A stretch of 64,000 bases of DNA, from positions 1,736,001 through 1,800,000 of the forward strand of contig NC_043000.1 of assembly GCF_006345805.1 (NCBI RefSeq), written 5' to 3'. The notes beneath the pieces were generated by a model that was not told the origin of the DNA, ran no database searches, and saw nothing but the letters and a program-made list of their open reading frames with translations. Within the stretch, counting starts at the first letter, position 1, and each line of letters starts with the position of its first letter. Made by a program: the position numbers and the translations under genes. Positions 39,106 to 52,199 of the stretch are shown one piece after another. Source of the DNA: Octopus sinensis. Lineage: Eukaryota.

Positions 39106-39540
39106 GATCTTTTCGGTTTGAACGGCAGTTTTTTTCTAGCGGTATCATATGAAATTGTCACCCATAATTATGACCCTAGTATCGATCTATTGCATTTCAA
39201 TCTGTTTTAGGGTTAGGGTTGGAGTTAGGGTTAGGGTTAGGGGTGGGGGGAAGAATATCTTTTTTTTTTTCAGAAATGTAAATAAACCCAATCTGTTTCT
39301 TAAACGAGGGACATATTCATACGGCACAAAATGTTTCCACCTCAATAGACGTCATTGATTGGTTGAAATTTCAGAAATTGAAGAGAAACAACAACAAATA
39401 TCTTACAAACTATAGAATTTTCTCAATAAAGCCAAGAGAAAAAGATGTTTTATAAACACATTCTACCAGTATACAAAGTTTAAAAGTGTTTAGTTACGTG
39501 GAAATTATGTTAAAAAACTGCCGGTCAAACCGAAAAGAGC
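39106..39540. mobile_element. MITE with TIRs of about 28 bp containing a TTAGGG tract
   Basis: TCTTTTCGGTTTGAACGGCAGTTTTTT vs AAAAAACTGCCGGTCAAACCGAAAAGA; superfamily not determined. Confidence 0.75.
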
Positions 39541-39541
39541 A

Positions 39542-39591
<50 letters not shown>

Positions 39592-40207
39592 TATGTGTGT
39601 GTGGTGTGTGTGTGTGGTGTGTGGTTGTCTGTGTCTGTGTGTGTGTGTGTGTGTGAGAGGAGAGTGAGAGAGAGAGAGAGAAAATGTGTGTGTGAGAGAG
39701 AGATGCAAGAGAGAGAGAAAGAAAGAGAAAGATCGAAGAAGGAACATGTGTGAGCAACATGTGTTGTTTATTTGTGGGTGAGAGAGAAGAGGAAGAGAGA
39801 AAGAGAATGAGGTATATGTGTGAGCAGCATATGTACGTTTGTGTGTGTGTGTGTATGGGTGAGAGAGAAGGGAGAAAGAAAGTGTGTGTGTGTGTGTAAG
39901 GGAGAGAAAGTGCAAGAGACGTGGCTGGGAAAAAAAAGTGAAAAACACAGAAATGGTTTAAAAGATTAAAAAGATAAGTTTCATTATTGGCCACACAGGG
40001 CTGCACACAGATGGGACAAGTTACAAGGTAGAGCTTTTCTTTTGGGGGATGAAAAAAAAAACAAAAAAACAAAAGAGAAGAAAAAAAAAGGGGTGGCGTA
40101 GGTTTTCGATCAAGAGGGATCGTAAAAGGGGAGAAAAGAACAAAATAAATAAATATATAAAATAAAAAATAAAAAGAATAAAAAGAAAGAAAAAAAAGAA
40201 AAGGAAT

Positions 40208-40625
40208 AGGCGCAGGAGTGGCTGTGTGGTAAGAAGCTTGCTAACCAACCACATGGTTCCGGGTTCAGTCCCACTGCGTGGCATCTTGGGCAAGTGTCTT
40301 CTGCTATAGCCCCGGGCCGACCAATGCCTTGTGAGTGGATTTGGTAGACGGAAACTGAAAGAAGCCTGTCGTATATATGTATATATGAATATATATATGT
40401 GTGTGTGTTTGTGTGTCTGTGTTTGTCCCCCCCTAGCATTGCTTGACAACCGATGCTGGTGTGTTTACGTCCCCGTTACTTAGCGGTTCGGCAAAGGAGA
40501 CCGATAGAATAAGTACTGGGCTTACAAAGAATAAGTCCCGGGGTCGATTTCCTCGACTAAAGGCGGTGCTCCAGCATGGCCGCAGTCAAATGACTGAAAC
40601 AAGTAAAAGAGTAAAAGAGTAAAAG
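40208..40625 (+). mobile_element. SINE-B, full length
   Basis: GGCGCAGGAGTGGCTGTGTGGTAAG head through the (GAGTAAAA)n tail. Confidence 0.92.
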
Positions 40626-41207
40626 GAACAAAAGAAAAGAGAAATGAAAAAAGAAGAAAAAAGGGGAAAAAAAGGGAAAGGAAAAAAAAGAAGAACGATC
40701 AATAGGGATCGTGTATCACAGTGTTATTGATATATGGTGTAAAGGGAAAGCAAGTAATGTTTATCCGTGGGAAGAAAAGCCTACGAAAAAGACACGGTAA
40801 ACTTGGTCAATATTGTTATATGTTACCACATTTGTTTGCAAGTGGGTAACCCTCTGTTTTCAATTTCTGGGTTCATAGGATTATGCTCAAGGTGGCTTCG
40901 TCATTCATATAAAGGCAATTTAAGACAATGCGACACAACGAGAGATAAATAATCTGACAATGTGACGGAGAACGAGATATAGACTGATTAAGAGAAAATA
41001 GGCAGGGAATATCACATATATATATATATAGGCGCAGGAGTGGCTGTGTGGTAATTAGCTTGCTAACCAACCACATGGTTCCGGGTTCAGTCCCACTGCG
41101 TGGCATCTTGGGCAAGTGTCTTCTGCTATAGCCCCGGGCCGACCAATGCCTTGTGAGTGGATTTGGTAGATGGAACTGAAAGAAACCTGTCGTATATATA
41201 TATATAT

Positions 41208-41254
<47 letters not shown>

Positions 41255-41400
41255 AAAAAGCAATAAAGATTCAAGTTAATTTAAATGAATTTACTTGAAT
41301 ATGGTATCTAACTTAGATGCACCAAAAAAAACTATACTGTTTTAACAATACAGTAATGTGGGGTGATTATAAGCGAGAAAGAAGCAACAAGAATGGATAG

Positions 41401-41494
41401 GTTTTTAGTACAATCGTTTCAATACAAGGACAGGCTTATTAAAAGTTGCAAAATACAGCATATAAACGTGTCCCCTACTCATCAGCTAAAATAC
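41401..41494 (-). ncRNA. Type I hammerhead motif, slightly degenerate
   Basis: Inverted copy of 41980-42075 with an extra U before GAAA. Confidence 0.55.
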
Positions 41495-41979
41495 ATGTGA
41501 GTTCTCTAGACATCCTAGTGGTTGAGGCTATACTCATGAAGTAATGTAGATAATTAAGTAACATAAACAGATTTCCAAAGTTCATTAAGTTCTTTAAAGA
41601 TGATGTACAGTCTTATCACAGAATTTTAAAAAAGTTTCAATAGCATCACAGAGAAGGTGACCTAATCCATAGTGCACATATGATTTCCAGAGATATGATG
41701 AGGGATTACATACTCACAGAAGACAATTTATCCATTGTTAATCAACAACGAGGTGGGTCTCAATTCCTGCTTATTAGCATTACAGAGAGGGTGAATTATC
41801 TTTGTATAGATGCACAATTTCCAGTGGTGTAGATGTAAATTTTTTAAAATTCTGTGATAAGACTGTACATCATCTTTAAAGAACTTTAATGAACTTTGGA
41901 AATCTGTTTATGTTACTTAATTATCTACATTACTTCATGAGTATAGCCTCAACCACTAGGATGTCTAGAGAACTCACAT

Positions 41980-42075
41980 GTATTTTAGCTGATGAGTACG
42001 GGACACGTTTATATGCTGTAATTTTTGCAACTTTTAATAAAGCCTGTCCTTGTATGAAACGATTGTACTAAAAAC
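41980..42075 (+). ncRNA. Type I hammerhead ribozyme motif
   Basis: GUAUUUUAG-CUGAUGA-GUACGGGACA..UGUCCUUGUAU-GAAA-CGAUUG-UA-CUAAAAAC; predicted cleavage between 42067 and 42068. Confidence 0.72.
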
Positions 42076-42173
42076 CTATCCATTCTTGTTGCTTCTTTCT
42101 CGCTTATATATATATATATATATAATAAATATTAGGGAATAAATCCAAATTTACAGGGAAATTTTGTCTCTAA

Positions 42174-42205
<32 letters not shown>

Positions 42206-42479
42206 CAAAGAGCAATAAAGATTCAAGTTAATTTAAAAAAATTTACTTGAATATGGTACCTAACTTAGATGCACCAAAAAAAAACTATACTGATTTAACA
42301 ATACAGTAATGTGGGGTGATTATAAGCGAGAAAGAAGCAACAAGAATGGATAGGTATTTAGTACGATCGTTTCATACAAGGACAGGTTTTATTAAAAGTT
42401 GCAACTTTTAATAAAACTGTCCTTGTATGAAACGATCGTACTAAATACCTATCCATTCTTTTTGCTTCTTTCTCGCTTA

Positions 42480-42545
<66 letters not shown>

Positions 42546-43038
42546 TTGTGTGTCTGTGTCTGTCCCCCCTAGCATTGCTTGACAACCGATGCTGGTGTGT
42601 TGCGTCCCCGTTACTTAGCGGTTCGGCAAAAGAGACCGATAGAATAAGTACTGGGCTTACAAAGAAAAGTCCCGGGGTCGATTTGCTCGACTGAAGGCGG
42701 TGCTCCAGCATGGCCGCAGTCAAATGACTGAAACAAGTAAAAGAGTAAAAAGAGAAAAGAGTAATATATATATTATATATATAATATATATATATTATAT
42801 ATATATATATAAAGAGAGAGAGAGAGAGAGAGAGAGAGGGTTGAGTCAGAGTGGTAATGAGATAGACACAGAGAATGAGGTTTTAATGAATAGAGAGATT
42901 ACAGATATAAATAGATACAACGTGATATAGTAACGTGTGTGTGTGTGTGTGCGCGTGCGTGCACTTGAGTCAACACGCTATCTTAAAGATGGCGTTTTGG
43001 CGTGATATACTTTTATATACAGCGATTTTTATGAAATA

Positions 43039-43291
43039 CAGTAATACCTCGTTTGACGAGGAGCCGCTTTACGAGATTTCAGGTTTACAAGTTTTATTTC
43101 ATAATAAATATTAAAAATGTTAAACAGTCATTTTGTGTGTGGAAACGTTGCAACATCTGACATGTCTACACAGTTGTATATAGCGACGGAGTAAAACGAC
43201 AGCATAAAATTTCATTGCTACCAAGAGGAGATCATTGCTCTGTTTTACGAATGTTCGGGAACAAATTAACTCGTATATTGAAGCATTACTG
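43039..43291. mobile_element. Tigger/pogo-like MITE
   Basis: CAGTAATACCTCG..ACGAG and CTCGTA..GCATTACTG termini with TA flanks. Confidence 0.65.
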
Positions 43292-44687
43292 TACACACAC
43301 ACATGCACACGCACGCACGCACACACTCACACACACACGCGCGCGCGCGCGCGCGCGCGCACACACACACAAACACACACATGTATAGATAGATAGATAC
43401 TACACATACATACATACATACATACATACCGCGTGTGTATCGGTGGCGATTTTCTTTCTCCGCCTTCTCTTCCTTGGATCTTTCCTTTTTCTATGTTTCT
43501 GACGAAGCGCTCCTCTCGAAACGTTAAATCCTTCTTTCTTTCCTTTCCTGAGCGTCCAATAACACTATACTTGTTCCACGTCCTCGCATCGTTGTGTTTT
43601 CTCTGGCCGCAGTCAAATGACTGAAACAAGTAAAAGAGTAAAAGAGTAAAGAGTACATACATACATACACATACATACATACATACATACATACTACATA
43701 AACATACATACATACATACATACATACATACGTATATACATACAGTTTAACATTTGAGAAGATAAGCGCATGTCCAGACAGGCAAATACATGCATGAGAA
43801 TACATATATGAAACAAACACACAAATCTGCAGATGCACAGACTCCAGACATATACAACAAATATGCACAAATGCCTTACTGATGTTGTTTAGAATGGTAA
43901 TAAAGAAGCCTTGAATCTAAACTAGAAACCGGCCCTTTTTCTAGTGGCAAGAAATAGAAAACAATAAAACTGAACTACGTCATATACATTTACAATGCTG
44001 TAAGATAAATAAAAAGGTATTAAAGAAGAATTTCAAAGACAGAAGAAGCGAAAAGTAAAAGAAAGAGGAAACGAAAACAAGAGACAGAAGAGGAACGAAT
44101 AAGAAAGATACCTAACTGGAAAAAGGAAGGAAAGTGTGAAAGATAAAGTAAAGAAATAAATAAATAATAAGTGGACATATTTCAATAACAACGCTGTTCC
44201 CGAAAATAGTATGTGATCCGGAGAGAGGACATTCCAATTGGCTAATGTGCATCCTTCTATATGAGGACATCTTGTAAAGATTTCATTTATAGAGTTGAGA
44301 TAGGAATCAGGTCATTTATATTTCTATAGAATTTATGCTCTCTCAGTTAGTGAGAGTCTGCATTTCTTTAATACTTTTTTTAACCATTTCTATAGCATCT
44401 GTTTACCTTTATATCAATTACCGTAAACGGGTACAACTGCTCAAACGCCATCATCGTTTAACAGAGACTAAGTTCGCGTAAGTTATAGTTATTCAATTTA
44501 CTAGGTCAAATTTATTAAAAACTAAACATTCTGTAAAGGGAGAGAATCTAGCTAAGTGATATACAGAGTTACAATCCCTGGACTATACATTTCTTATCTA
44601 TAATGAAATTATAATTGATCTTATTTTTTTCTCAAACGCGAAATTCCATAAAGTGAGGTTATTAAATAATAATGAAATTATTGTATA

Positions 44688-44818
44688 CAGTGCTCAGGTG
44701 CACCACAACTTGTCAGAAAGTGCATATAAAGTACATGCAGAAATGTAGAAATGTCTGGAAAGTGAACATGCTTGTGTGTGTATGGAGGGGAGAAAATCAA
44801 GTGTAGTGTTGGCGAAAT
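44688..44818 (-). mobile_element. CR1 3'UTR fragment (family of the 62-kb LINE)
   Basis: AATAATAATGAAATTATTGTATACAGTGCTCAGGTG.. Confidence 0.85.
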
Positions 44819-44892
44819 GGTAATGCGTTCTTACAGATTTCTTTCAATATATCTATATAAAACACCAATGTTGTTTAAGAAACATACATATG

Positions 44893-44926
<34 letters not shown>

Positions 44927-45121
44927 TCACACACACACACTCACACACACACACACGCACATGCACACACACATTCACACACACACACTCACACACACAC
45001 ACACGCACATGACACACACACCACACTCACACACACACACACACACACACACACATTCACACACACACACTCACACACACACACACACACGCACATGCAC
45101 ACACTCACACACACACACACA

Positions 45122-45163
<42 letters not shown>

Positions 45164-45523
45164 TGCACACACACACACATAAAGAGAGAGAGAGAGCCAG
45201 AGATTTTTTTGTGCACTTCCTGTATAATCTTTGGCATTGAAGTTGACGAACTAACGAAGGTGGCCCAATATGGATACTCAGCCTGCTAGAAATATCAGCT
45301 TAATTTCGTTCCTTCTTTAAATAAAAATGCAAGACGGAGAAGTCAGAGCTGGAACGCCTTTGATAAATTCGCTCAGTCAGGGCAAGCTGGGAGTCAATCA
45401 ATGAAAACCATATTGTTTGTGAAATACGGGAAGTAACTCTTTCATACTATCACAATTCTCCGTCTAATGCGCTTGAGCATAAAATGAAAATTACTACTGA
45501 CACAAGATTCGCATAGACGAAGT

Positions 45524-45560
<37 letters not shown>

Positions 45561-45569
45561 CGTGCGCAT

Positions 45570-46153
45570 ACTATAGCCTCGGGCCGACCAAAGCCTTGTG
45601 AGTGGATTTGATAGACAGAAACGGAAAGAAGCCTGTCGTATATATATATATATATATATAATATTAAATTAGAGACAAAACCACTATTAGGCAAATCAAA
45701 CAATGAAAAACTTAAGCCAATACATATGATTATTTAATTTATATTATCTAAATATATAACAAAATTATTAAAAAAATATAATTAATATCACACTACGATC
45801 GTTTCATGCCTGCTAACTTCTTCAAATTTTTGAGTCGCAGTCATTCATCAGGTGGTTAAATATCAGGCTCAATATTTATAAACATAGTAAATAGGGTAAT
45901 AAAAATGAATTATTATTACCAGTGACCTAGCACAAAAGACGAATTAGTCATTAGACTATAGGTTATTCATTATAAATACATTAAAAGGCTTCCAAATAAA
46001 GAAGCGAGTGCTGGATACACAAAAAGGGGATAAATTCATGAAATGGAATGAAAATCAAAAACGTTTACCATCTCAGCTAATCCTGTACTGCAGTTTCATC
46101 TTTTTTTAGCAAATGAATAGAATTCTATTCATGTATGTAAGTATATGTATGTA

Positions 46154-46184
<31 letters not shown>

Positions 46185-46244
46185 CTATATATATATATAT
46201 ATATATATATTATGTATGTATGTATGTATGTATGCATGTATGTA

Positions 46245-46294
<50 letters not shown>

Positions 46295-46325
46295 CATGTA
46301 TGTATGTATGCATATATATATATCT

Positions 46326-46397
<72 letters not shown>

Positions 46398-46790
46398 ATA
46401 TATACATACGTATACGTACATACATATGCACATGTGGGCACAGGACGTCACAAAACATAAACAACAAAAAATACGATGTATGAGGACATGGAATAAGTCC
46501 TCTTTTTTTTTTTGCAAGCAACGAAACAAGTGGAAAACAAGACAAGCAACATAAGGAACGACCCTTCATCATTTGTCGGTGTGTCTTTGTGTTTGTGTTT
46601 GTCCCTCTACCATTGTTTGACAGCCGATGCTGGTGTGTTTACGTCCCCGTAACTTAGTGGTTCGGCATAAAAGACCGATAGAATAAGTACTAGGCTTACA
46701 AAGAATAAGTTCTGGGGTTCATTTTGTTCGACGAAAGGCGGTGCCCCAGTATAGCCGCATTCAAATGACTGAAACAAATAAAAGAATAAT
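45570..46790 (+). mobile_element. SINE-B halves flanking insertions in its microsatellite
   Basis: CTATAGCCTCGGGCCGACC..GCCTGTCG at 45570-45640; 3' half 46575-46790. Confidence 0.75.
45781..45864 (-). ncRNA. Type I hammerhead ribozyme motif with intact core
   Basis: CAC-CUGAUGA-AUGACUGC..GCAGGCAU-GAAA-CGAUCG-UA-GUG; stem II 7 of 8 bp; palindromic ACGAUCGU. Confidence 0.75.
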
Positions 46791-46799
46791 AGTAAAAGG

Positions 46800-46836
<37 letters not shown>

Positions 46837-46849
46837 CCTCCTCCTTTAC

Positions 46850-47400
46850 CTCAGTCTGTCCCTTTCCTTTTTTCTCTCTTTTTTGTCCCTCCCTAATTCT
46901 TCAGTCCCTCTATCCACTACCTTTCTCCTCTCCTTGCACGTGACCGGTGTTCAGCTAAGTCTAACCTTTCTTTCTTGGTTCGACTACCAGCCGTGTGGCA
47001 TCTCTCGTATTTCTTCCCATGACTTTCATCTTCTATGTTCCTGCCGTAAGACTTCGCTTCCACACACGCCAGCTTAACTTAATTCGTCCTTAGTCGAAAG
47101 ACACCTGTTGTTTGTTTGTATTAATTGTGTACCATTTCTCCGTTTTTTTTATATTCTTTTCGTCCTTGTTTTCGTATACATTCGCTTGCTTTTTTCCAAA
47201 AAAAATCTAGTGCTCTTAGCATAGATTTCCTTGGGGCCGGCCAGATTTGAGCAGTCTCGAGATTAACCGGCCGAAACTGCAAAGACGATCTGCTTCTCAA
47301 CTGAAGATTGAAAGCTTCGAATGCGCCGTCCATGTTTTTTTCCTGTCCTTTTTTGTATCACCTACTGTCTGAGCGTTTTGTTGTCGCCTCTTACGTTCTT
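46850..47400. mobile_element. Second copy of the 24075-24600 repeat, opposite orientation
   Basis: See 24075. Confidence 0.65.
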
Positions 47401-47629
47401 GTTCCATTTTTTATTTTGATTTTAAATGTAGCGGAGATATGAACGGAACCCTCCCCATCTTTAATAAATTTTTTCTTTTACGGAATCCCACGTTTTAGGC
47501 TATGGAGATTCTGAAAACAATTTTTCAAAAACTGCAACTTCAAAATTTCAATCCCCCCACCACCATTTCTTCGTTTTTTTTCACTTTTCCGGAATTTTGT
47601 TTGCGAAATACGTAGAAAAATACGGAGAT

Positions 47630-47789
47630 TATGGTTCCGAGTTCAGTCCCACTGCGTGGCACCTTGGGCAAATGTCTTCTACTATAGCCTCGGGCCGACC
47701 AAAGCCTTGTGAGTGGATTTGGTGACGGAAACTGAAAGAAGCCTGTCGTATATATGTATATATATACATATATATCGTATATATATGTC

Positions 47790-47834
<45 letters not shown>

Positions 47835-47860
47835 CATGTGTGTATATAATATATATATAG

Positions 47861-47925
<65 letters not shown>

Positions 47926-47929
47926 CATA

Positions 47930-47989
<60 letters not shown>

Positions 47990-48014
47990 TATATATATAC
48001 AATATATTGTGTGT

Positions 48015-48046
<32 letters not shown>

Positions 48047-48192
48047 TATACATATATGTGTGTATATATATTATATACATATATATGTGTGTGTATATAT
48101 ATATATATACATATATGTGGTGTATATATATATATAATATATATATATATATGTGTATATATATATATATATATATAATATATATACATATA

Positions 48193-48224
<32 letters not shown>

Positions 48225-48335
48225 CGACAGGCTTCTTTCAGTTTCCGTCTATCAAATCCACTCACAAGGCTTTGGTCGGCCCGAGGTTATGTAGAACACA
48301 TTTGCCGAAGGCGCCACGCCAGTGGGACTGAACTC
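47630..48335. mobile_element. Inverted pair of SINE-B fragments around a (TA/TG)n tract
   Basis: Plus 47630-47750, minus 48225-48335. Confidence 0.8.
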
Positions 48336-48355
48336 GGAACAGAGAGAAAAATACA

Positions 48356-48395
<40 letters not shown>

Positions 48396-48949
48396 TACAT
48401 ACAAACAGATGCTGTTAATCTTTGAATCCCCGAGTCGATGACAAAAAGAGCAAAAGTAGCAGTCATATACTGACACCAGTTCAATAACCTGAACGAACAC
48501 TTCCAACAATTGTGAAGCTCTTTGTACGAAATCAATAATTAATCAAAATGGCGGTAGAGATATGAATTTTATATTTCTCAGTATATACTCCTTTCTTTCT
48601 GAATTCAAATACTGCCAGTAATATAATAAAGGCAGTACAATGAAAGAAAGTGCTTTTCACATGCAAAATTGTCTTTGTTATTTCAAGAGAAATCAATAGT
48701 CGTGTTTATAATGTTCGTATATATTTTCTTAATATATTTGGAAGCTGAGTATTGATTGAGGTGTACACAACAGAAATTAAGTTATAGATAAAACGATGGA
48801 GAAAACATTGGTTTTAATTGTTTCATTCTGCTACAGTTGGCTGAATATGTATTTACCAACGAATAAGTTGAATGGGAAATATTAGATAATTCGGAGGATG
48901 ATGAGTCCATCGGTTTATTAATGCGGGCAGACGACACGGCATGGCTCCA

Positions 48950-49240
48950 TATCTCTCGCCCTCTTTCTTTGTCTCCCTTCCCTTTTTCTTTCTGTCTCTC
49001 TATCAATCTAAATCTTCTCCCTCTCTCCTGCTCTCTCCCCTCTTTTTCTCTCTCACCCTTTGCCTCGTCCTCTATCTCTCCCTCTGCCTCAGCCGCTCTT
49101 CCTTCTTTTTCTCTCTGCCCTCTTTCCCTCTCTCTCTCCCTCCGCCGCACTCCCTCTCCTCTCTTTTTCTCTCTCCCTCTTGTTCTCTCTCCTCCTCTTT
49201 TCTCTCTCTCTTTATCTATCTCTCTTACTCTCCCTCCAGG
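48950..49240. repeat. Polypyrimidine (CT-rich) tract
   Basis: Directly visible. Confidence 0.85.
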
Positions 49241-49314
49241 TAATTGCTCTGAAACTTTCAGACTTCTCTATCCAGATTATAAATTTTTTTTTTACCTATA
49301 GTTATTAGTGCACA

Positions 49315-49735
49315 TATATTTCTTTATTGCCCACAAGGGGCTAAACATAGAGGGGACAAACAAAGACAGACAAAGGAATTAAGTCGATTACATCGACCCC
49401 AGTGCGTAACTGGTACTTAATTTATCGACCCCGAAAGGATGAAAGGCAAAGTCGACCTCGGCGGAATTTGAACCCAGAACGTAACGGCAGACGAAATACG
49501 TATTTCTTTACTACCCACAAGGGGCTAAACACAGAGAGGACAAACAAAGACAGACAAAGGGATTAAGTCGATTACATCGACCCCAGTGCGTAACTGGTAC
49601 TTTATTCATCGACCCCGAAAGGATGAGAGGCAAAGTCGACCTCGGCGGAATTTGAACTCAGAACGTAACGGCAGACGAAATACGGCTACGAATTTCGCCC
49701 GGCGCGCTAACGTTTCTGCCAGCCCGCCGCCTTTT
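49315..49735 (-). mobile_element. SINE-A dimeric form
   Basis: Junction GAAATACGTATTTCTTTACTACCC near 49495. Confidence 0.88.
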
Positions 49736-49984
49736 TTTAGTGCACATAGCTCTTTTGATGAATCTGGAAATGCCATGGTTGACCAAAGGCCTGAACAGTA
49801 AAGAACGGCAAGATTCTTACTGTTATAATTACCTAAATTCGATCCATGGAAGGTTTTTTTTGGGGGGGGGGGGTTGTAATTATTTCTTTTTTATGAAACC
49901 AATTATTTATTTACGGGATTAATTGTTAAAATAGTTCAAATACGAAGGTAACATGTAAATATATGCTACGTTCAAATACGAAGG

Positions 49985-50190
49985 TCACACTGCATCCTTC
50001 AAAACTTCCATGCTTTCTGAGATTCGCCAACACTACACTTGATTTTCTCCCCTCCATACACACACAAGCTTGTATCTGACTCATACATTGTTCGCTTTCC
50101 AGACATTTCTACATTACTGCATGTACTTTATATGCACTTTCTGACAAGTTGTGGTGCACCTGAGCACTGTATACAATAATTTCATTATAT
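49985..50190 (+). mobile_element. CR1 3' end fragment
   Basis: Reverse complement of 62150-62330. Confidence 0.85.
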
Positions 50191-50632
50191 TATATATTAT
50201 ATGCAACGTTGTACTTAGAAAAGCAGAAAGAAAAGAAAGAGGCATCAGTCGTGTCTCATGTGGGCTCTTTCTGATCAAAATATCTAGGTGATATATACAA
50301 GCATCTTCTAAATTTGTGAGTGTAAATTAATATCCACACTTGTGGAGAGGAAGATTGTGTCATATCTCTAAATGCAGATTACGTCTAAGCCTTGTCAGAA
50401 ACTGATAAAATTTTACAGTTTTTTCGAAACATGCTTTTGAATAATTTGCCTTCATTTGCCTGGTCAGGCCATGTAAACGTGGAGGTTATCTCGGTACAAG
50501 TGTGGTCTGATATTTGTTGGAGAACAGGGGTTGTTCGTGATAGGGGAATGTAATATACATTCAGAACATTGAAAAATAATATTTCTAGACTGTTTGTTAC
50601 TTGATGCTTATTAATAGCTCTTGGTTATTTAA

Positions 50633-50850
50633 AGGCGACGAGCTGCCAAAATGGTTAGCACGCCGGGCAAAATTCTTCGCGCTATTTCGTCAGTCTTTAC
50701 GTTCCGCGTTCAAATTCCGCCGAAACAGACCTTACCTTTCATTCGTTCGGTGTCGTTAAAATAAGTACCAGTTGAGCACTGGAGCCGATGTAAATGATTT
50801 ACCCCTCACCAAAAATTACTGGCCTGGGCCAAAATTTGAAAACGATACTT
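50633..50850 (+). mobile_element. SINE-A, diverged
   Basis: Family match. Confidence 0.75.
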
Positions 50851-51401
50851 ATTGATTATTTATTTTCAATAACAAAAAATGGTGTCTCATCAACGTCTCT
50901 ATCTTTTTCTAGTTCCCAAAACCGCTGTTCCAAACACACCAGTTTTACATCATTGTCCTACACACTTTAATCCCTTGTCCTTATAATTGCTTCTTCCTGT
51001 CACCCACAAATTTTCGTTTCAACCTGTGCCAGCCACACTTACTGCACCTTCTATCGTCACCACAGAGCCTGTCTGACACTTGGTTTCTATCCGTGTTACA
51101 CGTGAAGAACAAGCAAGGTTAACAGTTCTTAGAAATTCTATCTTAGTTCATCCTTGACATTTGTTGAGGAGTCCTTGCATTAATTTATCACCTCTCAGAC
51201 ACGAAGCAGGTTATCAGTAAAGAGATTGTTTTAAAAATACTTTTAAAAGTTCTAAAAATATATCAGAAATGTATATGAATTAAAGGTTCCTCTATTCACT
51301 ATTTCAGTTGTTCTTTATCCTTCCAACAACCTTGCCAATCACATTGACCTCTGTCACTACCTATGGAAATCCTACTGTATACCTGATTATTCAAGATATA
51401 T

Positions 51402-51640
51402 TTCTTATTTCTTTATTGCTCACAAGGGGCTAAACATAGAGGGAACAAACAAGGACAGACAAACGGATTAAGTCGATTACATCAATCCCAGTGCGTAACT
51501 GGTACTTAATTTATCGACCCCGAAAGGATGAAAGGCAAAGTCGACCTCGGCGGAATTTGAACCCAGAACGTAACGGCAGACGAAATACGGCTACGCATTT
51601 CGCCCGGCGTGCTAACGATTCTGCCAGCTCGCCGCCTTTC
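51402..51640 (-). mobile_element. SINE-A, full length
   Basis: Family match. Confidence 0.9.
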
Positions 51641-51884
51641 AAGATATATTTCTGTCTTCAAAATAATCTTCTTCACTTACTTCAAGAAATTCAGTGCCTC
51701 ATGTCACTTTCTGCCGACAAAAATTCAGCTGTTCTAGTACTTGAAGCCTTATCATTTTCAGTAAACTGCTTTAATTAATTGTTTCCTCTTACGCATCTCA
51801 AAGACCATCCAGCTCACTTATGAAGGAAATTTTATCTCGTCTGTAGCTTTGGTTGCATTGGGGCGATACACAGAAGATTATCAG

Positions 51885-52060
51885 GCGCAAGAGTGGCTGT
51901 GTGGTATGTAGCTTGCTTACCAACCACATGGTTCCGGGTTCAGTCGCACTGTGTGGCATCTTGGGCAAGTGTCTTCTACTATTGTCTCGGACCGATCAAA
52001 GCTTTGTGAGTGGATTGGTAGACAGAAACTGAAAGAAACTTGTCGTATAATATATATATA

Positions 52061-52096
<36 letters not shown>

Positions 52097-52128
52097 GATA
52101 TATATATTATATATATATAATATATATA

Positions 52129-52199
<71 letters not shown>

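Larger units (their letters stand above)
41250..42480. mobile_element. Probable Penelope-like terminal repeats in direct and inverted arrangement
   Basis: Inverted arms 41368-41633 and 41840-42108; direct repeat 41250-41450 vs 42203-42405; palindrome 42321-42479. Confidence 0.7.
41030..42765 (+). mobile_element. SINE-B split by an insertion of about 1.3 kb in its internal (TA)n
   Basis: 5' half 41030-41195, 3' half 42530-42765. Confidence 0.85.

Noticed and set aside
39206-39250. Chromosome end or fusion site
   Set aside because: Only a few imperfect units, enclosed within a MITE
47290-47335. CUGAAGA..GAAU hammerhead-like motif (also at 24140-24175, minus strand)
   Set aside because: Both copies have GAAU rather than GAAA, with no convincing stem I or III
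48400-48960. Possible exons in unique sequence
   Set aside because: Candidate frames terminate quickly and show no recognisable domain
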